A stretch of 64,000 nucleotides of DNA, taken from Deltaproteobacteria bacterium CG11_big_fil_rev_8_21_14_0_20_47_16. GTDB lineage: Bacteria > UBA10199 > GCA-002796325 > 1-14-0-20-47-16. Shown piece by piece: positions 58,291-64,000 of this stretch (its first letter is position 1; every line of letters starts with the position of its first letter). The translations under genes were made by a program, and so were the position numbers. The stretch spans positions 145,780 to 209,779 of the forward strand of contig PCXA01000007.1 of assembly GCA_002796325.1 (NCBI GenBank). The letters are read 5' to 3'. The notes below the pieces were generated by a model. That model saw only the letters and a list, made by a program, of their open reading frames with translations. It did no database searches and had not been told where the DNA came from.

Positions 58291-59213
58291 AGAAATTTAT
58301 CTCCTGCTTTGAGTGGATGTCCGTTTAAAAAATCTGCAGCGGTCATGGCACGGCTGCCTTCCATTTGCAATTGTGTGATGGCCAAACGCCCTTGCCCAGT
58401 CGCGACAACAATTTTGTCGTCCGCTTTTAGAATAGTACCCGGCGTTTCAGATGAGGCGAGTGGAATATCATGCGCCATATGAATCTTCACCAGTTTCCCA
58501 TTCCATTGCGTATGCGCCATGGGCCACGGGTTTAAACCGCGAACGAGGCGTGCAATGACGTCTGCGGGCAGCTCCCATTTGATGGCGCCGTGTTCCTTGC
58601 TCAGCTTTTCAGCATACGTGGATTTGCTGTCGTCTTGTTTTTGCGGCGTAATCTTGCCGGATTCCAACCCCGCCAGTGTTTCCACCATGACGCGTGCACC
58701 AATTTTGGCGAGTTTGTCGTGCATGTCACCGGCGGTATCCGTATCCGAAATGTTTACGGGGTACTGCATGAGCACGTCGCCTGCGTCGAGCGCTTCAACC
58801 AAATACATCGTGCTGACACCTGTTTTGCTATCCCCTTGAATGATCGGCCAGTTGATGGGGGCGGCGCCTCGATACAACGGTAGAAGTGATGGATGGAGAT
58901 TTACGCATTTGTACTTTGCAGCAGTCAGTAGTTCATTGGGAATAATTTGTCCGTAGGCCACGACCACAAAAATATCTGCGTTATGTGCAAGACAGTGGGC
59001 AATGGCTGCAGGATCACGCAGCTTTTCGGACTGAAAGAGGGAAATGCCTTTGGTGCGCGCATGCTCACCCAATGGTGGTGTGGCAAGCTTTTGGCCGCGC
59101 CCCGCAGGGCGATCGGGTTGGCAGACGACTTCGCAGATGTCGTGGCCTGCATCCATGAGTGCATCGAGTGTGGGGATGGCAAATTCAGCAGAGCCAAAAA
59201 ATAGAATTTTCAT
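58287..59213 (-). CDS. fmt: Methionyl-tRNA formyltransferase
   Basis: N-terminal formyltransferase fold with PSLLPLYRGAAPINW. Confidence 0.9.
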   Translation of the reverse strand: MKILFFGSAEFAIPTLDALMDAGHDICEVVCQPDRPAGRGQKLATPPLGEHARTKGISLFQSEKLRDPAAIAHCLAHNADIFVVVAYGQIIPNELLTAAKYKCVNLHPSLLPLYRGAAPINWPIIQGDSKTGVSTMYLVEALDAGDVLMQYPVNISDTDTAGDMHDKLAKIGARVMVETLAGLESGKITPQKQDDSKSTYAEKLSKEHGAIKWELPADVIARLVRGLNPWPMAHTQWNGKLVKIHMAHDIPLASSETPGTILKADDKIVVATGQGRLAITQLQMEGSRAMTAADFLNGHPLKAGDKFL

Positions 59214-59214
59214 G

Positions 59215-59751
59215 TCAACCCATCATGGTGGTGGGGTCACCACCGTCTTTGAGGATTTTTTTCAAACGGCGCAGGTAAAGATCACGCTTTAAGCGGCTTA
59301 CGTTGTCGATCAGCAGTTTGCCATGCAGGTGATCAATTTCATGTTGTAGGATTACTGCCAAAAATTCATCGGCATCAATGGTAATGTCTTTGCCGTCGCG
59401 ATCAATGGCCTCAACGATTACGTGCGAATTGCGTGTCATGGGCAGCAAAAATCCGGGAATGCTTAAACATCCTTCTTCCCACTCAATTTCACCTTCAGCA
59501 AATGTGATCTTGGGATTTACCAGCTGATAGAGCTGGGGTTTTGCATTTTCGCGATTGCTACTGGGATCCAATACAATGAGTTGCTGGCTCACGCCCACTT
59601 GCGGTGCGGCCAAACCCACGCCTGGCGCGGCATACATGGTCTCTGCCATGTCATCGAGCAGTTTGCGGATATCGTCTGTAATCTTGGCAACAGGTTTTGC
59701 CACCTGCTTTAAGACGGGTTCTGGAAATAATGTAATGGGAAGTACGGCCAT
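59215..59751 (-). CDS. def: Peptide deformylase
   Basis: GVGLAAPQVG, EGCLSIPG and HEIDHLHG motifs. Confidence 0.92.
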   Translation of the reverse strand: MAVLPITLFPEPVLKQVAKPVAKITDDIRKLLDDMAETMYAAPGVGLAAPQVGVSQQLIVLDPSSNRENAKPQLYQLVNPKITFAEGEIEWEEGCLSIPGFLLPMTRNSHVIVEAIDRDGKDITIDADEFLAVILQHEIDHLHGKLLIDNVSRLKRDLYLRRLKKILKDGGDPTTMMG

Positions 59752-59782
59752 ATGCGCTGGCTAGCATGGGGAAATTCTGGGG

Positions 59783-61801
59783 TCAAACAAAGTTCAACGG
59801 ATCAACATCAACGGTGACTTGCACGCCCGATGGGGCTTCAGCTGCGCTATGTTTTAAAATACAATCGGCAATGCCTGGAATTTGAGTGGCCGAATTGAGC
59901 TTAAGAAGCAGTTGCATGCGCGTTTTTCCGCGAAGTCGATAGAGGAGTGCGGGTGCTGGGCCCAAGACGATGCAGTCTGGCGCATGTCGCTCTAAAGTGG
60001 TTTGTAAATATTTCCCCAACACATCTGCGTAGTCAGTTCCCTTTTTTTCAACATTGCTGGCAATGGTGCAGGTGATGAGGCGACCGTATGGCGGATAACG
60101 CAGTTCCTCGCGGTTGTGTAATTCGGCGTCGGCAAATCCAGTATAGTCATGCTTGATCACATGCTGCAGGCAATAGTGCTCGGGTTGCATGGTTTGAATG
60201 AGTACATCACCTGGTAAATGTGCGCGGCCTGCGCGTCCGCTGGCTTGAGTCAGCAGCTGAAAGCTGCGTTCGGGTGCGCGAAAGTCAGGCATGTTCAAAC
60301 TCATCTCTGCCGAAATCACACCAACAAATGTAACGTGCGAAAAGTCATGGCCCTTGGCAATCATTTGGGTGCCGACCAAAATATCGATGTCTTGATTGTG
60401 CATGGATTGCAAAAGTTCGGTGCGTTGGGTTTGTGTGGAAACGGTGTCGCTGTCGAGGCGTGAAATGCGCGCTGTAGGAAAGTGGCCTTTTAAAATATCT
60501 TCAATGCGTTCTGCCCCAGCGCCAATGGGTTTCAAATCGATTCCCTTGCAAAGTTCGCAGCTATCCGGCGCATCCGTACAATAGTCACAATAGTGGCAGC
60601 GCAATTCATGTTTGCTGTGGTGATATGTCAGACTTAAATCGCAATTGGGGCAGGTATCGACGTGTCCACAAGATTCACACACCACAAATTGCGAAAACCC
60701 ACGGCGGTTGATGAGCAGTAAACTTTGTTCTCCGACATCCAATCGTTTTTGAAGTGCAGCCAATAGTTGTGGTGAAAAAAGTGGGAGCGGCTTTCCTTCT
60801 TCTTTGAGTGCGCGCATGTCCACCAATTGCACGTTGGGCATGACTTGGCCGGTGGCGCGTTCTGTGAGTGTGATGAGTTGGTATTTTCCCTGACGCGCAT
60901 TAAAAATGGATTCGAGCGATGGTGTCGCAGATCCTAAAACGACCGGAATCTTTTCCATCTTGGCGCGCATGACAGCCACATCGCGGCCGTTGTAGCGGGG
61001 TGAGCTGTCTTGTTTGTAAGAGGAATCGTGTTCTTCATCGACGATGATAAGGCCACACTTAGGTGTCGGAGCAAAAATTGCTGAACGTGTGCCGACGACA
61101 ATTTTGGCTTCGCCAAGTGCAATGCGTTGCCACTGGTGCGCGCGTTGTAATTCGGTGAGCGCGCTGTGATAGACTGCAACGGCATCGCCAAAGCGCTCGG
61201 TGAATCGCCCCAAGAGTTGTGGGGTCAGTGCAATTTCGGGCACCAATACGATGGCTTGTTCATTGCGTGCCATGGCTTCTGCGCAAGCGGCCATGTAGAC
61301 TTCTGTCTTACCGCTTCCGGTGACACCCTGAATCAAAATGGGTGCGAACTGCCCAAACTTCGCTGTGATTTGAGAAACGGCATCTTGCTGCGGCGTAAGA
61401 AGTATGGGGGCGTTAATGCCCTCGCGTGCCACGTGCGCGGTGTGCGCTTCGGCAAGTCGGCCTTTGCGCGTTGATTTTTTGGCAGCCTTCCAAAAGTGGG
61501 GTGGCAATGCGGATTGAATCACTTCCCCAATAGGTGCGGCGTAATAATCTGAAATCCATTTGCAAAGAGCAAGCGTGGCGGGCGACATGACCTGTTGTGT
61601 GTCGAGTAACTCATCAATGGGTCGGATCTTGGCATGCGCTGGTGCCGATGTATTAAGCGCCGTTACCATCGCGATGGCCGATTTTCGGCGCATGGTGATA
61701 CGGACGCGCATGCCGGGTTTGAGTGTGGCAACAAATTCTTCCGGTGCATCGTATGTAAATGTGGTGTTCAGTGGAACGGGAATGGCGACATCAATCAACA
61801 T
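59783..61801 (-). CDS. priA: Primosomal protein N' (replication restart helicase)
   Basis: Walker A GVTGSGKT, DEEH box, Cys-rich zinc-binding insert; ORF-track start is a 5' extension. Confidence 0.85.
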   Translation of the reverse strand: MLIDVAIPVPLNTTFTYDAPEEFVATLKPGMRVRITMRRKSAIAMVTALNTSAPAHAKIRPIDELLDTQQVMSPATLALCKWISDYYAAPIGEVIQSALPPHFWKAAKKSTRKGRLAEAHTAHVAREGINAPILLTPQQDAVSQITAKFGQFAPILIQGVTGSGKTEVYMAACAEAMARNEQAIVLVPEIALTPQLLGRFTERFGDAVAVYHSALTELQRAHQWQRIALGEAKIVVGTRSAIFAPTPKCGLIIVDEEHDSSYKQDSSPRYNGRDVAVMRAKMEKIPVVLGSATPSLESIFNARQGKYQLITLTERATGQVMPNVQLVDMRALKEEGKPLPLFSPQLLAALQKRLDVGEQSLLLINRRGFSQFVVCESCGHVDTCPNCDLSLTYHHSKHELRCHYCDYCTDAPDSCELCKGIDLKPIGAGAERIEDILKGHFPTARISRLDSDTVSTQTQRTELLQSMHNQDIDILVGTQMIAKGHDFSHVTFVGVISAEMSLNMPDFRAPERSFQLLTQASGRAGRAHLPGDVLIQTMQPEHYCLQHVIKHDYTGFADAELHNREELRYPPYGRLITCTIASNVEKKGTDYADVLGKYLQTTLERHAPDCIVLGPAPALLYRLRGKTRMQLLLKLNSATQIPGIADCILKHSAAEAPSGVQVTVDVDPLNFV

Positions 61802-62576
61802 GGTAATTATATCCAATATCGGTGGTAACACCGGTGGGAAGCTGGTCCGGTGCCATTTCGATCGCAAAGCGCAGCACTTGTCCACGCTTAACTTTAAAGG
61901 GTTTTCGAATCGGTAAAAACCCCTGCTTCCAATGGGTTGGCGCCGCATTAGGCGATGTCGAAAACGAAATGCCTTTGGCAAGTGTTAAGTCAAACCAGCC
62001 CGCGAATCCGGACACGGTTGCATCGCGGGTGATCGTAAACTGGGTTTCAATTGTAAAAATGGGATTTGTTTCAGTTAAAAAATGAATTGATGTTGCGATG
62101 GGGGCTGCTAAAAGTTGCGCTTCTGGAATGTGCTGCACCTTTGCGCGTGATTTTGTAGCCGCGGGTGCTAAGAGTAAGTCGACGTGATCGGGAATGATGG
62201 CGCCCCCTTTTTTCAAGAAGCGTTTTCGCGCATCAATGAGTGTGGGGAGCGTATTTTCATCGAGTGCTAAACTCCCCAACGTTTCACTGACAATCACATC
62301 TACTTTTTCAGGTAATTTGATTTCGCCGGACAAGCCTTGCACCCAGGTGATGCGATCATCTTTTTCAGCAAGCTGGATTGTCTCTTCATCAAATTCAATG
62401 GCGTACACTTTGCTGGCACCGGCATCTAATGCCATGTGTGATAGCACGCCCAAGCCTGCACCGATATCCGCCACCACCATACCCGGCTTAACGACTGCCT
62501 GAATGGCTTTTCGGTAAGCATCCATACGGATGCTGTCTTTTAATAAAATGGCATGGGTAGATAATAGTTCCGACAT
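61791..62576 (-). CDS. PRMT-like class I SAM-dependent methyltransferase (protein arginine methyltransferase fold)
   Basis: Motif I VADIGAGLGVLS, post-I VYAIE, VDVIVSETLG, and THWKQ loop; AAGGGG RBS; 3' end overlaps priA start. Confidence 0.6.
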   Translation of the reverse strand: MSELLSTHAILLKDSIRMDAYRKAIQAVVKPGMVVADIGAGLGVLSHMALDAGASKVYAIEFDEETIQLAEKDDRITWVQGLSGEIKLPEKVDVIVSETLGSLALDENTLPTLIDARKRFLKKGGAIIPDHVDLLLAPAATKSRAKVQHIPEAQLLAAPIATSIHFLTETNPIFTIETQFTITRDATVSGFAGWFDLTLAKGISFSTSPNAAPTHWKQGFLPIRKPFKVKRGQVLRFAIEMAPDQLPTGVTTDIGYNYHVD

Positions 62577-62790
62577 AGGAGCCCCTTATCAAAATGAGGA
62601 CTAAGTCCCAATAGAAAAGCCGTTGGTAGGCATGCTTCCTGCAACAGATAATCTCCGCCGTTTATTTATTTTGAGTACTGAGGGGGAAATGGCGTCTAAC
62701 ATGTTAAAATATAACAAAAATGATATTGGGGAGGGGGGTAAAACGCACCAATGTGCGAGGTGTCAATTTACCCCAATCAGGGCCTCTATA

Positions 62791-64000
62791 ATGCAGCGCA
62801 TTTTTGTTGTGTTGGGCGTAATCCTTCTAGGGGCAGGTTTAGCATGGGCCGCAGAAACCCTCAATTGGACATTCAGCATTGATAATCCCATTCAATTTGA
62901 CAGTTCTGAAATTGCACTTTCCAACGACATGGTTGTGTTGAAGGCCCAAAATCAAACCGCTAATAATAAAAATACATTTGATAGCGGCAAGTTTATTAAT
63001 AGCCTTTGGGATGACGTGAATCAGTATTTAGTGGTTCAGTCTGTCATCACATTGCCCAATAATGGTGGATCAACTGATTGGGCCAACATGGCGCAGAATC
63101 AAGTGCTGATTCATGCAGATGCATCCCCCGTATTTGATGGGTTCAATGAAGCGTTTCCCAATAGTTCCGGTCAGGAGATTCAAGCTACTTGTACAATGCC
63201 AAGTTGTCCTCAAGTTGACGCGACTGGTAAGATTGCAACATCGCTCTTTTTCGATGGTGTGAATGACTATCTTGCACTTTCTGGGACCTGGGGTGGTGCA
63301 GATTGGAATGAAGCTACAATTGAAGCATGGGTGCGTGTTGATGCGGTAACATCGGATATGCAAGCTATCGTATCTACGACTGCCGCGGACATGTTCGTTC
63401 ACTTCCAAATGCTCAAAACCGGAGATAAGTTTAACGTAGCTGTTTACGCAGATAATGGCAGCAAAGTGATCGACTTCGATCCATCCGCAAGTACACTCAC
63501 TGTTGGTGAATGGCATCATGTGGCAGCCAGTGTCAAGTCTGGGGATATTGCACTTTATGCGGATGGTATCAAAGTGGGTGGCAGTAATTTCACGTTTGGG
63601 TCATTGAAGCCTATCATTAATGGTAATGAATTTCGTGTGGGTAGTGGCTATGGTAAGGCACGTTTCTTTAGAGGAAAAATGGATGAGGTAGCGGTTTACA
63701 AGCGAGCTCTTACATCTGATGAAATTAAATCACACTTCGATAAGCAATCCGCAGGACTTGCCAGTTCGTACGAGTCCCGACTCTTTGTAGCTGGATCACC
63801 AGTGGTATGGAATGAGTTGTCATGGATGCCTGCCGGTCCAAATGGTGTGCAACTTCCAGATGATGCCCAAAAGGAATCATCTTACTATGCTGGTAATGCC
63901 GACATGACTGGCAACGTGATGTTGCTGCATTTCAATGATGAAGAAGGCACAAGTATGGTGGATTCATCAGGTCTAAAGAATAATGCAGTCTGTAGTGGCG
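62791..64000 (+). CDS. Secreted LamG / concanavalin-A-like lectin-domain protein, 3' end outside window
   Basis: Signal peptide MQRIFVVLGVILLGAGLAWA; FDGVNDYLAL...WHHVAA...FRGKMDEVAVYKRALTSDEI; frame open to window end by manual translation. Confidence 0.6.
   Translation, partial: MQRIFVVLGVILLGAGLAWAAETLNWTFSIDNPIQFDSSEIALSNDMVVLKAQNQTANNKNTFDSGKFINSLWDDVNQYLVVQSVITLPNNGGSTDWANMAQNQVLIHADASPVFDGFNEAFPNSSGQEIQATCTMPSCPQVDATGKIATSLFFDGVNDYLALSGTWGGADWNEATIEAWVRVDAVTSDMQAIVSTTAADMFVHFQMLKTGDKFNVAVYADNGSKVIDFDPSASTLTVGEWHHVAASVKSGDIALYADGIKVGGSNFTFGSLKPIINGNEFRVGSGYGKARFFRGKMDEVAVYKRALTSDEIKSHFDKQSAGLASSYESRLFVAGSPVVWNELSWMPAGPNGVQLPDDAQKESSYYAGNADMTGNVMLLHFNDEEGTSMVDSSGLKNNAVCSG

Noticed and set aside
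63070-63519. 149-aa minus-strand ORF
   Set aside because: Lies antisense within the LamG-domain gene whose frame is open, has a signal peptide and recognisable domain motifs.
1-64000. CRISPR arrays, IS elements, integrases or prophage blocks
   Set aside because: No direct-repeat/spacer periodicity, no transposase or integrase-like ORF, and no terminal inverted repeats were seen; only the single ORF6N gene has mobile-element flavour.

Overview
Dense, mostly housekeeping bacterial chromosome segment: about 65 protein genes, one tRNA-Phe, and several intrinsic terminators. All calls come from reading the supplied ORF translations and the raw sequence; no database search was possible, so family assignments rest on recognised motifs and should be confirmed by BLASTP/HMMER. 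Shine-Dalgarno sites and many 1-4 nt start/stop overlaps (ATGA type) indicate Gram-negative-style operons. Core content: thrA-thrB-thrC (thrC runs off the left edge) preceded by rsmD; valS-nadC-hemW; hrcA-grpE; thiL; gcdH; yjbQ-tag; galE; proC/putA; rlmE; carD-ispD-ispF-cysS; and rpe-fmt-def-priA. Accessory-looking content: an aminotransferase / aldehyde dehydrogenase / KamD-like / lipid-kinase operon, a PRMT-like methyltransferase upstream of priA, an ORF6N-domain gene, an AmgK-MurU cell-wall salvage operon, several large secreted lipoproteins, and a cluster of small hypothetical genes beside tRNA-Phe. No CRISPR array, transposase or integrase was seen. The combination of CarD with many secreted proteases and lipoproteins hints at a Bdellovibrio-like or related lineage, but this is a weak guess. 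Most gene starts are approximate.
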